Shown here one piece after another: positions 37,025-49,563 of a stretch of 64,000 nucleotides of DNA (positions are counted from its first letter, which is position 1; each line of letters starts with the position of its first letter). The translations under genes and the position numbers were made by a program. The notes under the pieces are model-generated. The model was not told where the DNA came from. It ran no database searches and worked only from the letters and a program-made list of their open reading frames with translations. This DNA is from Octopus sinensis. Lineage: Eukaryota. The stretch covers positions 80,290,001 to 80,354,000 of the forward strand of contig NC_043001.1 in assembly GCF_006345805.1 (NCBI RefSeq), given 5' to 3'.

Positions 37025-37168
37025 CAATAGCAGCAGTATTAGTAGTAGTAGTAGTAGTATAGTAGTAGTAGTAGTAGTAGTGGTAGCAGCAGCAATAGCA
37101 GCAGTAGTATAGTAGTAGTAGTAGCAGCAGCAGTAGTAGTAGCAGCAGCAGCAGTAGTAGTAGTAGTA

Positions 37169-37209
<41 letters not shown>

Positions 37210-37536
37210 ATGAAGTTGGAGGGGTGGTATTACTAAGAATTGTTGTTCGCTGCGAGGTTGTGGCATTTCCGGTAGCAGTAGTGTTGGTGGGTGTGGTGCT
37301 AGTGGTGGTGAATGAGTGGAGTTTAAGTTACAAATAAGGGTGGATGAATGGGTTGAGGTTCGTGGCCCCTGGCCTTAATAAGATCTCCCATAATGGTGAG
37401 ATTAATGAGGCTGATATTCGTTAATTAAACATTAACCATTGAAAACACCAACTATTCATATTTTGAGGAAATAAAATCTGTTGTTGTCGCCGTCGTTGTT
37501 GCCGATGCTGTTGTTGTTGTTGTTGTTGTTGCACAG

Positions 37537-37634
37537 TCGAGATCCTGATCAGAAGTGGATTCTGCCTGAGAATTATGTGAAGGTTACATGTGTCTGTGGA
37601 ATGCTCCACCGTTTATATGTTAATTCCGGAACAG
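37537..37634 (+). other. Candidate 98-nt coding exon (unverified)
   Basis: GCACAG acceptor, ACAG|GTACTT donor, open frame RDPDQKWILPENYVKVTCVCGMLHRLYVNSGT. No homology recognised. Confidence 0.2.
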
Positions 37635-37727
37635 GTACTTTCAGTAGAACGCACAACTAAATCGTTATCACCGAAAGATACACATAATATATATGTGTGT
37701 GTGTGCGTGTGTGTGTATGAATATATG

Positions 37728-37762
<35 letters not shown>

Positions 37763-37779
37763 TATATATATATAGTTGA

Positions 37780-37880
37780 AATTTACAGAAAAACAAAAGA
37801 CGAAGGCAGGTGTAGGAACAACAAACAGGTGTATTAGTTTGACGGTCGGAAAAGTGAGGAAGTCTTTTAAGTTTCGAGCC
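37780..37880 (-). mobile_element. Short PLE-type terminus ('GCUCGAAAC' family), hammerhead partly deleted
   Basis: Homologous to 41820-41947 and 52800-52927. Abuts (TA)n. Confidence 0.65.
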
Positions 37881-37919
37881 TCAATCAGAGGGAGAATATA
37901 AAAAAAAAACTTGTGGATT

Positions 37920-38255
37920 TAGCGATTGTTTGTTCCTTCTCGAGCCAGGCCTGGCTCATAAGGGCTGATTTACCGGTTTCCTTGGCGTGTAAACCCCCCC
38001 CCCACACACACACACACACACACCTGGACGGGACGCCGGCCCGCCGCAGGTGAGCTGCAAGATGCAGGAAGAAAGAGTGAAAGACAGTTGTGGCGAAAGA
38101 GTCAGCAGAAGTTCGCCATTGCCTTCTGCCGGAGCCGCGCGGAGCTTAGGTCTTTCGCTCATAAGCACACACATCGCCCGGTCTGAGATTCGAACCCACG
38201 ACCCCTCGACCGCGAATCCGCTGCTCTAACCACTAGGCCATATGCTTCCACGTGG
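37920..38255 (-). mobile_element. tRNA-derived SINE with V-domain-like motif
   Basis: Head TGGCCTAGTGGTTAGAGC…GGGTTCGAATCTC (intact A and B boxes) and body motif ggcgtcccgtccagg. Confidence 0.8.
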
Positions 38256-38349
38256 ATTTGGCGATGAAGCATGGCGACTTGTTTAGAAAAACGGTTTGAC
38301 AGGAGTGGTAGAAAGAAGGGGAGATAATAAAGTATTGGTGATCCCAAAA

Positions 38350-39326
38350 CGAAAGTGCGCGTGCGTATGTATGTGAGTATGTGTAAGTGTGGATAGTGGC
38401 TTATGGTTCTGATGTGTGGATGTGCGCTTCTGTAGTGTGTATGTATGTGGATGATGGTGTGTGGGTCTGCGAATGATGATGTGTGGGTATGCAGATGATG
38501 GTGTGTGGTGTGTGTGCTAGAAAGTAGAGAGTGCTAATGTGTGTGGAATGGTGTGAGGTTGTTTGACGTGATGTGGTGTTTTGTGGTGTGGGAGTGGGAT
38601 TTGGGACATGGGATGTGCGTGTGCGTTGAAGGTGTATGGGTGGGGTATCAATGAAGAGAGAATGGGGGTAGGAGTGAAGACAGGAAGTAAGTGTCAGATG
38701 AAGAGAGAAGGGAAGTTGAGCCTGTGTGGCACAAAGAAACGAGAGAGAAAATTAATTCTTGTTCACAGCGAAGGCGGGATTGCGGATGGCCCTGTGCAAA
38801 CACAATACGAACACAGACAGGTGTTGTAGTGATAACCAGTAGAGCGGAAATGGCGCGATACCGGGGTGTCATTGCTGAGTCTGATGTTTCGGAGGTGCTT
38901 CGTGAACCGGTCAGCCATTTGACTGATATACAGAGAAATGTAAAAAGAGCAGGAGATGCAGTAAATGACGTCCCTAGAAGTGCAGGTAAGGGAATCAGTG
39001 ATATGATAGGGACGATGATGGGTGCCTGTGAGGATGGTGGTGTTAGAGAAGTAGGCGTGAGTGTGGCAGCGTGAGCGGGGTCAGGAGAACGAGCCAAGCT
39101 GGAAGGTGGGGTTAGGGAAAAAACTGTGGCTCAGGTAGTCACGCAGGTTGTGGGTTCATTTGAAGGAAGGAACGGGTAGGTTGAGGAAGATGTGTGAGTT
39201 GGAGGAGTCAGACTGGAGTCGCTGGAAGGCTCGGAGAATGGTGCATTGGAGGGGCGAGGTGGAGGGGTGGTAGGTGAGGGGAAACGGGATACGGGCAAGG
39301 GCGGAGCGGGTGTGGGGAGAGAGCAA

Positions 39327-39362
<36 letters not shown>

Positions 39363-39367
39363 TAGTA

Positions 39368-39416
<49 letters not shown>

Positions 39417-39600
39417 GCTCCGGCAAGGACTGTGCGGAGAGTGGTGAGGGGATATCCACGAAGGATGAAGTGGTGAATCATGAGTTGAGATTGAATATCA
39501 CAGTCATGTTTGTCACTGCAGAGCCTGCGCAGACGGTGAAACTGGGAGTAAGGGACAGAGAGCTTGGTATGGGTAGGGTGGGAGGAGGAGAAGTTAAGGT
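38350..39600 (-). mobile_element. Penelope-like element (RT C-terminus + GIY-YIG), degenerate
   Basis: SVPYSQFHRLRRLCS…FILRGYPL…; TCTSRDVIYCISC…ADRFTKHLRNI…PVSRHF…; RLRCEQELIFSL. Interrupted by (TAG)n. Confidence 0.88.
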
Positions 39601-39626
39601 ATATATAAACTTTATTAATAAATCTT

Positions 39627-39719
39627 CAAAGACATCACAAAGAGTGTTACTCAGTTTCACGTTCCCGTTCGTCGGACAGTTTTGGTTGGAAATTCTGAAC
39701 AGTTTTTGTGATGTCTTTG
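39627..39719 (-). ncRNA. Minimal hammerhead (CCGACGA core) enclosed by a 22-bp inverted repeat
   Basis: UGU-CCGACGA-ACG(GGAA)CGU-GAAA-CUGAG-UA-ACA at 39645-39678. Arms CAAAGACATCACAAA (39627-39641) and TTTGTGATGTCTTTG (39705-39719) are perfectly complementary. Confidence 0.75.
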
Positions 39720-39763
39720 CATCTTTGAGATAAAGTAAAGGATAACAAGAAATGAGCAAAATT

Positions 39764-40210
39764 CTTTTCTACACTAGGCACAAGGCCCGAAATTTGGGCG
39801 GAAAGAGCTAGTCGATTAGATCGAACCCAGTACGCAACTGGTACGTAGTTTATCGACCCCTAAAGAATGAAAAGGAAAATCGACCTCGGCAGAATTTGAA
39901 CCCAGAACGTAAAAACAACGAAATACTGCTAAGCATTTTGCCCGACGTGCTAATGTTTCTGCCATCTCGATGCCTTAAGAAATGAGCAAAATTATTTTCT
40001 ACTCTAGGCACAAGACCCGAAATGCTTGGGGAGGGGTGCAGTCGATTACATCAACCTTAGTATGCAACAACTGGTACTTAATTTATCGACCCCGAAATTA
40101 TGAAAGACAAAGCCGACCTCAGTAGAATTTGAACTCAGAACGTAAAGACAGACGAAATACCACTAAGCATTTCACTGGGTGTGCTAACGTTTCTGCCAGC
40201 TCGCCACCTT
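39764..40210 (-). mobile_element. Two tandem SINE family B copies
   Basis: Copies at 39764-39976 and 39994-40210. The first is flanked by the 17-bp direct repeat AAGAAATGAGCAAAATT. Confidence 0.9.
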
Positions 40211-40432
40211 AAGAAATTGGCGCAGTCATGACACTGTGGTTAAAAAGCTCATTGAAGATCCTATGACTTGACTTCAGATTCTGTCTCATTACACAGCACT
40301 TTAGGTCAGTTTCTTGTATTAGAGCCCTAGGCCAGCTGACCAATACCCTGTAAGTGAATCTTTTCAACAGAAATTGTATAAAAGCGGATGTGTATGAGTA
40401 TGTCTGTGTGTGTGTGTGTGTATGTGTGTGTA

Positions 40433-40483
<51 letters not shown>

Positions 40484-40689
40484 TGTGCATGTGTGTCCGT
40501 GCTGTTCTCGCACTATTAATTTCCTTCTCTATGGAGTTTTCCACTTTCCTCTTTCTGACAAAGAGCCATGTTTTTTTGCATCTTAAACTTTTTCTGAGCG
40601 TCAATCTAATATTTTCAATGTGTACGTTCTTTTGATGTTTTTATTTTTAATTTTGATTTGCCTCTGTATGTGTATGTACATATACATAT

Positions 40690-41020
40690 ATATGTAAAAG
40701 CTACGTGGTTCCGGGCTCAGTCACACTGCATCTGCCTTGGGCCGACCAAAGTCTTTGGTGGATTTGGTAGACGGAAACTAAAAGAAACCTGTCGTATATA
40801 TATATGTGTATGTGTGTGTTTGTGTGTCTGTGTTTGTTTCCCCAGCATCGCTTGACAACCGATGTTGGTGTGTTTACATTCCCGTAACTTAGCAGTTCGG
40901 CAAAGGAGACCGATAGAATAAGTATTAGGCTTACAAAAAGCAAGTCCTGCGTCGATTTGTTCGACTAAAGGCGGTGATCCAGCGTGGCCGCAGTCAAATG
41001 ACTAATACAGCTAAAAGAGT
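40690..41020 (+). mobile_element. SINE family A with short internal microsatellite
   Basis: Head, (TA/TG)n and tail, co-linear with 712-1150. Confidence 0.88.
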
Positions 41021-41049
41021 AATATATATATATATGGTGGTTGTCTACT

Positions 41050-41525
41050 CCTTATGCAGTTTGACTACCTCTTTTATATCTATACCTTAGAACCATCATG
41101 GCATCTGATGTGGCTTTTCAAACCAGACAATGTTCTGAAAAGACACATCGAATTCATATTTGATTTGGACCACCCAGAGCAGCATATAAGTTCTGATCTT
41201 TGTGGGTCTTAAAATGTTTTTCGAGACCTCCGTTAGATTTGCAAACCTTCTGGCATACATTGCATTCAAAGGTGTGCACAAATATATAAGCAGAATAGTT
41301 GCCGGAGGTTCATTTTCCATGGGTCCGCAAATGAGATTTGAGCCTAGCAAAAGAAAGGCATAGTGCATCACAGACTGTGCACACAAAAAGGTCATTGTGA
41401 TTCACCTTCTCGATCGTAGCATTCTTCTTTAAATCTCTTTTGAGTCTTGCATGCGTTATCCTGGCCTCTTCAAACGCTTTCACTCCACTCCACACTTTTG
41501 TTCGCCATCCAACTCGATCCGAAGC
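41050..41525 (-). mobile_element. RTE/BovB LINE 3' end
   Basis: LASDRVGWRTKVWSGVKAFEEAR…FVCTVCDALCLSFARLKSHLRTH, the typical RTE C-terminus with CCHH knuckle. Confidence 0.88.
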
Positions 41526-41733
41526 AAGAAAATACATATATATATATATATATTATATATATATATATATATAATATATATATATATAATATATATATAT
41601 ATATATTATATATATATACAAAAATGGAACAAGAACGCAGAACATCCAGACAGGTGATACCAAAAAATGGGACAACAAAACATCCAGATAGACGATACAA
41701 AGACAACAAGGACGGGTAATTCGGAATTTTCTT

Positions 41734-41791
<58 letters not shown>

Positions 41792-41819
41792 TATATATAT
41801 ATTATATATATATACGGGA

Positions 41820-41947
41820 AGTTTTATGAAAATAAACAAAAGACGAAGGCAGGTGGAGTACAAACAAACAATTGTATTAGTATGGCGCTCAGGAATATAA
41901 ATAAAACAAGTCTTTTACGTTTCGAGCCTACGCTCTTCAACAAAAGA
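41820..41947 (-). ncRNA. Hammerhead-like motif with (U)UGUUGA core in a PLE-type terminus
   Basis: UCUU-UUGUUGA-A-GAGC-guag-GCUC-GAAA-CGUA-AAAGA. Confidence 0.65.
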
Positions 41948-42189
41948 TACACAGAAAAGAAACACGGAGAGAAACAAGAAGAGAAAAAAATGCGTGCAGA
42001 AGCTAGCGAATCAACATCAATGTGTGTGCGTGCTTTTGCGTGCGTTTGTGTGCGTGTATGTGTAAACATTGTTATTAATCCAAACATGTGGAGGAATAGA
42101 AATAATGAAACTGAAAATGCACAGGGAATATGTTAGAATTAATTAGAATTTAATTCTATTTTAAAATATAAGAATACGTTTTTACCGGT

Positions 42190-42400
42190 TTCACTTTAAT
42201 TTTACAAAAGCGTATGGTGTATGGTTATGTACTGCGAATTATGTTATAAAAATACTTTGTTTTTGAAGCAGAGATGTAGCTCAGAGCGCTGTCCGTTAAC
42301 GTATAAATTGATTGGTCAACGTTCATGTATTAAGCTTATGAATGGTTCACGTCTTGAGAATTTAGAAACCTCAAGAATGTACAATAATTGTTCCTTTTGG
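42190..42400 (-). pseudogene. Possible Naiad-like PLE endonuclease C-terminus
   Basis: VNGQRSELHLCFKNKVFL resembles LNKRSELISKCRH.NK. Confidence 0.3.
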
Positions 42401-43154
42401 GGGTAAACGTTGAACCTCGAAACAGATTAAGCTATAAATAATAGCATGTTAAAATCGGGTTAATAAATCCTTTAAATTAGAAAAATGGAAGATAATGACC
42501 CTTTAACATATTATTGGCAGGCTATTATTCATGGCATTATCGACTTCAAGATTCTCTACTCAAAACAACGGGATGCGTGTGTGTGTGTGTGTGTATATAT
42601 GTGTGTGTGTGTGCTGTGTTTGTAGTGTCCCCCACCAACTGCTTAACAAACGGTGTTGGTGTGTTTGCGATAGCCTGGGCACCAGGCTTAATACAATATG
42701 TACTGGGTCGTTATTTAATGATTGAGACAAATATAAGATGAAAGAAACAATAAAATTGTCGATTTATTATGCTATATATTTTGACGGCACGGGTATACTA
42801 AGTATGCAACACGTGTGTCAGTGTGTGTGTGTATGTGTGTGTGTGTGTGTGTGTGTTTGGATGTGCTTCTCTTTGTATCCTTGCTTGTGTGTTTCTTTAT
42901 GTGAATGTGTGTGTGTGTCTATATCTCCATCAAAATCATGATCACCATCAACATTATCACTACTACCAGTATCAACATTATCGACCACGTACTCATTATA
43001 ATCATCATGTGTTGTATATGGTTGTGTGTGTGTGTGTGTGTGTGGGTCTATGTGCGCGTGTTTATATGTGTGTATATTATATCAAAACTTAATAGTACAT
43101 CCTGAGTTTCACTCCTGGCGGGGCTATTCCCGACTGTGATTCATATATACATTT

Positions 43155-43218
<64 letters not shown>

Positions 43219-43242
43219 CATCATTATTATTATTATTATTAT

Positions 43243-43292
<50 letters not shown>

Positions 43293-44460
43293 TGTGTTTG
43301 TGTGTGTCTGTGTCTATGTATGCTTATGATCTTGTTTCCTGGACATCCTTTCTGCGTTCCTTTCATATATTTCATCTCTCTCGGCACCCACGATCCAATC
43401 AGCCTCACCCCACCTACTTTCTTTCCTTCCTTGCCTCTCATCCCCACCACCACCACCTCTTACACTGTTACTTTTACGCTAATACTAATAACTCCCGATC
43501 CTTTAGATATATTGCCACTCATCCACCACCCTCCCATCTGTGCATCTATGACTCACTGTCTTCTGTCTTCTGTCAATTACCCCAATCAAAGTTTGCCATC
43601 AGGATTCCCACTTTGCTTTAATTAGTTTGTATCTTGCTAATTACCATCTGCGCATGCATACACACGCATGCAGTCACTCGCCCGCGCACGCGCAAACGCG
43701 AGGACGCACACACACATACACACACATACACAGGTATACAAACATACGTTCGTACACACATTCAGACACGTCCTCATGCATTCAAATTTCTACACGCATA
43801 CATTTATACATAGACAGATGCATACGTGCATACACACATACACACACACACAAAACATAGATACAAAGACAAACGCACACTCATACATAAATACGTTGAC
43901 ATACATGCGTACGTGCATGCACCTACGATGCGAGTGCAGTCATCATTAACAAGCACTTGTGTGCACAAAGACAAGTGTGTATAGTTATAAGCACCTGCAA
44001 TAACACATCAACAGGGGATACAAATATACACAGCTGTGCACAGGGACGTACACAATGCAGACACATCCACATACTCGTAAATGGTTAGCAAAACCACGGA
44101 ATTTCAAATATTATAACGTATACACATTATACTGTTTTCACAGCTATACGACGCTGAAATTTATATTCTTTTCTGTAGACTATCAAACACATTCGACGCT
44201 TCCAAAGTTTGTTTATAAAATGCAGTCGCATTCCAAAACCTATCATTATTTAGCGCTAAAACTGACAGTAATATCTGTCAGCAGTCCGTTCAGCTTAAGG
44301 GTAGAATACTTCCCCGGCATTTGACGAGTACGGGTTCGAATCCTATCCTTATCTGCTGGAAGCCCCCCCCCCCTTCTCGTCTTTTAAACGTAAAATGCCT
44401 AATATTTCTGCTGTTTTTACGTTCGAAATTTCCTTTCTTGTTTGTAATATATATATATAT

Positions 44461-44690
44461 TAAAGGAAAATGGACAACAAAACCAAGGCAGGACGAATAT
44501 CCTAGGTCATTTAAAATATTTAATTAGATTAAGGATGGATCAAAATATGGAGAAGTAGAAGTAATTAATATCTTACTGCTGTTTCTGGGATATCCCAGAT
44601 GATGGGTCTACACCTCCGTACACTAGATATTCTGTCATCAGAAACAAGGCGTGTATGCAGGTCAGTTCCAGACAGAGAATTCGCAGTATA
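44461..44690 (-). mobile_element. Hammerhead-bearing element ('CAGCUG' family, long stem II); ribozyme 44570-44645
   Basis: GUUU-CUGAUGA-…UGGGAUAUCCCA-GAAA-CAGCAG-UA-AGAU. Ends at (TA)n. Confidence 0.8.
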
Positions 44691-44872
44691 TATAGCAATA
44701 AAACAGTATTCCTTCAATTTGAATGCAACATTCCAAATACTGCCTCGATTTACCTTGACTTATACTAAAGAAGCTATACCTTCACGGAAGTACGGAGTAA
44801 CTTCCGTACACTCTGTGAACTATATTCTTCTGTCTTTTATTCTTCCATCTACTGTTTTAATTTTTATTCTTT

Positions 44873-45259
44873 TACTAGCAGTATCGCCCGGCGTTGCTCA
44901 GGTTTGTAAGGGAAATAACTATAAAGCATTTTTAGAGAGTTATAGCCAAAAAATAGCAAAAAAATGGAAAAAAATGATGGTAAATTTTTTTTGAGAGTAA
45001 AAAAAGGTGGAGTTGCGTCCCCTAGACAGTTTGCGGTTTGTGTTTCTGATTCTCGACCCCATGTCGAATTTATCGATTTTTTTCAGAACTGGGGGAACTT
45101 TTCAAAATTTTCGCTACGTTAGTTTTGAATTATGACATTGGGCTATGTGTGTGTCAAGTTTCATCAGAATCGGTTGAAAGCCGTGGTCAGGGTGAGGGTA
45201 CAAGCAAACAAACACACAGAAACACGCACAGACAAACTGCCGTTTATATAGAGAGAGAT
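44873..45259 (+). mobile_element. Helentron/DINE-1-like non-autonomous element
   Basis: Starts TACTAGC…CGCCCGGCGTTGCTC, has a 3' (AC/ACAG) simple repeat and ends TTTATATAGAGAGAGAT. Confidence 0.7.
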
Positions 45260-45261
45260 AC

Positions 45262-45470
45262 ACTGTGAATTCTCTGTCTGGAACTTTCTTGTCTCTGATG
45301 ATGGAATACCCAGTGTATGGTGATGACGCTTCACCTGGATATCCCAGAAACGACTGTAAGACATTAATTACTTCTACTTCTCCATATTTTGATTCACCTT
45401 ACTCTAATTAAACATTCCAAATGACCTGAGATATTCGTCCTGCCTTGGTTTTGTTGTCAATTTTCCTTTA
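45262..45470 (+). mobile_element. Inverted partner of 44461-44690; ribozyme 45291-45362
   Basis: GUCU-CUGAUGA-UGGAAUA…UAUCCCA-GAAA-CGACUG-UA-AGAC with the same 3' terminus ttttccttta(TA)n. Confidence 0.8.
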
Positions 45471-45584
45471 ATATATATATGTATATATATATGTATATGT
45501 GTGTATGTGTGTGTGTGTGCATGTGTGTGCGTGCGTGTGTGTGTGTGTATGTGTGCGTGTGTGCGTGTGTGTGTATGTGTGTGT

Positions 45585-45665
<81 letters not shown>

Positions 45666-45666
<1 letters not shown>

Positions 45667-45972
45667 TAATCAATGAAATTCCAAGTCTGATTTTAGAGTT
45701 TTATTATTTGCAATTTTTGCAAGTTTACAATTTTACAATATTGGAAAAACTAGTACTTTCATGCCTTACGCGATCATCAGGTTTAAGTAATGACAGTCGT
45801 TTTCCATAATTGACAGCTGTGATCAATGGCAGTTGTCAGAAGTGGAACACGATTGCCACTATGTAAACCTGATAACTGCGTAACGCACGAAAGTACTACT
45901 TAATTTCAAAATTGCAAAACTTACGAATAATGAAACGTGAAATCCAGACTAAGTTGGAATTTCATTGATTAA
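45666..45972. mobile_element. Foldback MITE, self-complementary along most of its length
   Basis: TTAA-TCAATGAAATTCCAA … TTGGAATTTCATTGA-TTAA, with inner arms AGTACTTTC…CAGGTTTA / TAAACCTG…GAAAGTACT. Confidence 0.88.
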
Positions 45973-46014
45973 TATATTGTTCTATACACAATCATACAAA
46001 CTCGATATATATAT

Positions 46015-46200
46015 ATCTTCTCTATATATAAAACTGAAATGCGTTTGGACCGCTTGGATCGCTTTCAAGGTCACTACATCCCGTCCGATTGACTCCAAAA
46101 TTTACAGGGGCATATAAAATGAGGTGACGATGCCCGTGGGCTACGTTAGAAATCCCTATCTTAAAAGGTGTCATTGCTAGGGCCAAAAACCCACTTTGAC
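46015..46200 (-). mobile_element. Helentron-like non-autonomous fragment
   Basis: atcttctctatatataaaact terminus and ccgattgactccaaaattt motif. Confidence 0.4.
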
Positions 46201-46814
46201 AAGTCCACTCCCATTCTTTAATGTATCTGTCTTTCTCACTCACTCATGCAATTTCCTCCCTTCCCAGCACTTATTCACTCAGTCTATTTCCTACCTTTCC
46301 ATCACTTTCACTTCGTCAAACGGCGTTCTTTTATGTACCTGTCTGCATTCATAGAGAGATTTATCATCGCCACATCCACCACACAATCATGACAACAAAT
46401 ATTATGAATCTCGCCATCGCATTCTATTGTCTGCCTGTCAACGCGCCGATGGAGCAAATACAAACAGAACACACCAACGAGCGTTCGTGTTCTGGCGATA
46501 ACGTAGGTTTTTCGTATGTATTACATTTTAACATTTATTTAGAACCCTACAAATTTTTCGTGCTAAATTTTCAGTTTTTACTACTTTATTATTTTTTCTT
46601 AAATTGATGCTTTTATTAAAATTAATTCTAATTGTCTGGGTCAACAGTTCATTTCCTCGGAGGATATGGAAATTCCTATTACCCGTCAGAGAAATAACTC
46701 CAGCAGCTCACAACTATTTCAACAAATACAAGATTACCTGCTTAACAGTCGAATTCAGCGTCAACGCTCACGTATGAGAGAGACTCCAACACACACACAC
46801 ACATATATATATAT

Positions 46815-46927
<113 letters not shown>

Positions 46928-47727
46928 CATTATGAGGTCGGTTGAGCTGAAAATATGCAGACCTATGTTAAAAGTGCTGGCAAGTTTGCATGAGAACTAT
47001 TTTTTTTCCTCAAATGAAACGCGTGACCCCTAGGACAAAATTCCTCATCTTATAAAATATGGCCCCAGTAGACCCGAATGAAATCGGGTTATATTAACAA
47101 AAATGTGAAAAGGGGTCTAAATGGGGCTGGAAGGGGATTAAAATTTAAAGAAGCGGGTGTTTAGGAATTCTCTGTTACATCAAGCTAAAAAATTGGCGCC
47201 AGCATTTTAATCGTCAATGTGTTGCCGTCCATGATGAAGAAGTTTTGAATGCTTGCCATGGTGAGTCTACTGTCGTGAGAAAGAATCACTTCAAAACTTG
47301 GTGTTTACGGATTTTCTTTTACATCAAGTTCAAAATTTTACGCCAGCCGTTAAACTGTCAAAACGTTGCTGTCCGTCGTTAAGAAATGCCAGCCATGGTG
47401 ACTCTACTATCCTCACATTCTATCCCTTCAAACTTTGGTTTCCAATATTTTATTATTTTTATTCAGCTCGCAAGTTCGTCTGTCCCTTTTAAATGTTAGT
47501 GTTTTGCTGTCTGCCTTGAAGCAGACCTTTCCGTTGTTACTGCCTGATATTTATGATTAATCTTTCTAAATATTTTATTTCTCAACTTACTCAAGATCTT
47601 TTGTTGTTTATAAATGGGAGAGAGAGATAAAGATAGAGAGTAAGAGAAAGCGAGGGAGAGTCCGAGAGAAAGGAAGAGTAAGAGAGTGGGAAAGTGAGAG
47701 AGAAAGGAGAGAGAAACAAAGAGGGAG

Positions 47728-48040
47728 AATCATCATCATCACCGTTTAACGTCCGTTTTCCGTGCTAGCACGGGTTTGACAGTTTGACCGGGGTCTGAGA
47801 AGCCAGGTGGCTGCACCAGGTTCCAGTCTGATCTGGCAGTGTTTCTACAGGTGGATGCCCTTCCTAACGCCAACCACTCTGTGAGCGTAGTGGGTGCTTT
47901 TTTTCGTGCCGCCGGCACAGGTGCCAGAGAGGCTGGCAGCGGCCACGATCGGTTGGTGCTTTTTACGTGCCACCGGCACAGAAGCCAGTCAAGGCGGCGC
48001 TGCAATCGGCCACGTTCGGATGGTGCTTTTTACGTTCTGA
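47728..48040 (-). mobile_element. SINE with Meta-domain-like core and (GAT)n tail
   Basis: Minus strand GGTTGGCGTTAGGAAGGGCATCC and three internal GTGCTTTTT(A)CGT subrepeats. The domain name is from recall. Confidence 0.7.
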
Positions 48041-48479
48041 AAGGAAGCAACAGAAAGTAACAACCACACTCTTACCCGCGCGTGGAGCGGGTCACCTTCA
48101 GCTAGTATATATATATATATATTCTCTTATTTGTTTATTTGTTTCAGTCATTTGAGTGCCCCCATGCTGGAACACTGCCTTTAGTCGAACAAATCGACTC
48201 CAGGACTTATTCATTGTAAACCTAGTACTTATTCTATCGGTGTCTTTTGCCGAACCACTAAGTTACGGGGACGTATTCACCTACATCGATTGTCAAGCGA
48301 TGGGACAAACACAGACACAAACACACGCACACTCACACACACACACACACATACATATATACAACGGGCTTCTTTCAGTTTCCACTCAATGCCATATACT
48401 GACATCAACTCAGTGCCACGAGCCTTACTCACTCATCGATTTTCAAAATTGGACAAAATCGGACAACAAATTCAAAAGC

Positions 48480-48720
48480 TGCAGGAAAAATAACATCGTT
48501 GTGCGAATTTCCATTCACACGCCCGACTGAACACACAAAAGTCGATGGCAACTGAGCATTATCGAGTTTTCGAAACATTCCGGCCTTATTTGAACTTCAT
48601 GGCATGTGATCTACATATGTGCCAAAAATCATTAAAATCGGTTGGACGGTGTGGGAGGAGTTAGAGTGACCCAAACACACACACAGAGTCAGACACCAAT
48701 ATACATTTATGTATATAGAT
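48480..48720 (+). mobile_element. Helentron-like non-autonomous 3' end
   Basis: aaaatcggttggacggtgtgggaggagtt…acacacacag…tatgtatatagat, same architecture as 44873-45259. Confidence 0.6.
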
Positions 48721-49036
48721 ATATGAGAATTGGTATGGTGATTGTAAATGCACCTCAGTCTTAAAAGTGACAATAGTTTCTACATATTTTGCAAATTTAT
48801 CAAAGTACCATACTAGTTTCAGTAATTTTTTCATTGCTGAAGGAAATAAAGAATTGTTAAAAAGAAAGAGAATGCACAATCCTCCTTGCAGAGAAATGTA
48901 TATATGAATGTGTGTGTACACACATATGTCGGTTTTTCAAAAGAATTATCAGTTGTTATATAAAGAAGTTATAAATTAGGCTACGTATACACATACATGA
49001 ATATGCAAGCACACACACACACATATTCACACACAC

Positions 49037-49133
<97 letters not shown>

Positions 49134-49469
49134 CAAACAGAGAGAGAGAGAAAGAGAAAGAGAGACACAGAGACAGAGAGATAGACAGACGGACAGACAC
49201 GAGTCTTCTTCCTAATGATCAGTTATCACATGGAATACAACCATTTATTCATTATATTTGATTGGGTTAGATATTTGAATCTGAAATAAAGGAATTACAA
49301 GGAGAAAGTTGCTTCGAATTCATATAGTTAATTGCTTTTCTTCTTTTTTTTATTTTTTTGTTCACTTATTAAAAGGTTCGAAGTTCTAAAACTTCTCCAT
49401 CTATATATTTTTCCACAACTATCTATCTGTTTGTCTATCTATGTATTTGTCTGTCTTGCTCTCTTTCTC

Positions 49470-49534
<65 letters not shown>

Positions 49535-49563
49535 ATATATATGTGTGTGTGTGTGTACATATA

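Noticed and set aside
38175-38250. tRNA gene candidate (intact A and B boxes)
   Set aside because: The anticodon and acceptor stems do not pair properly and the sequence continues into a SINE body. The same holds for 30695-30760.
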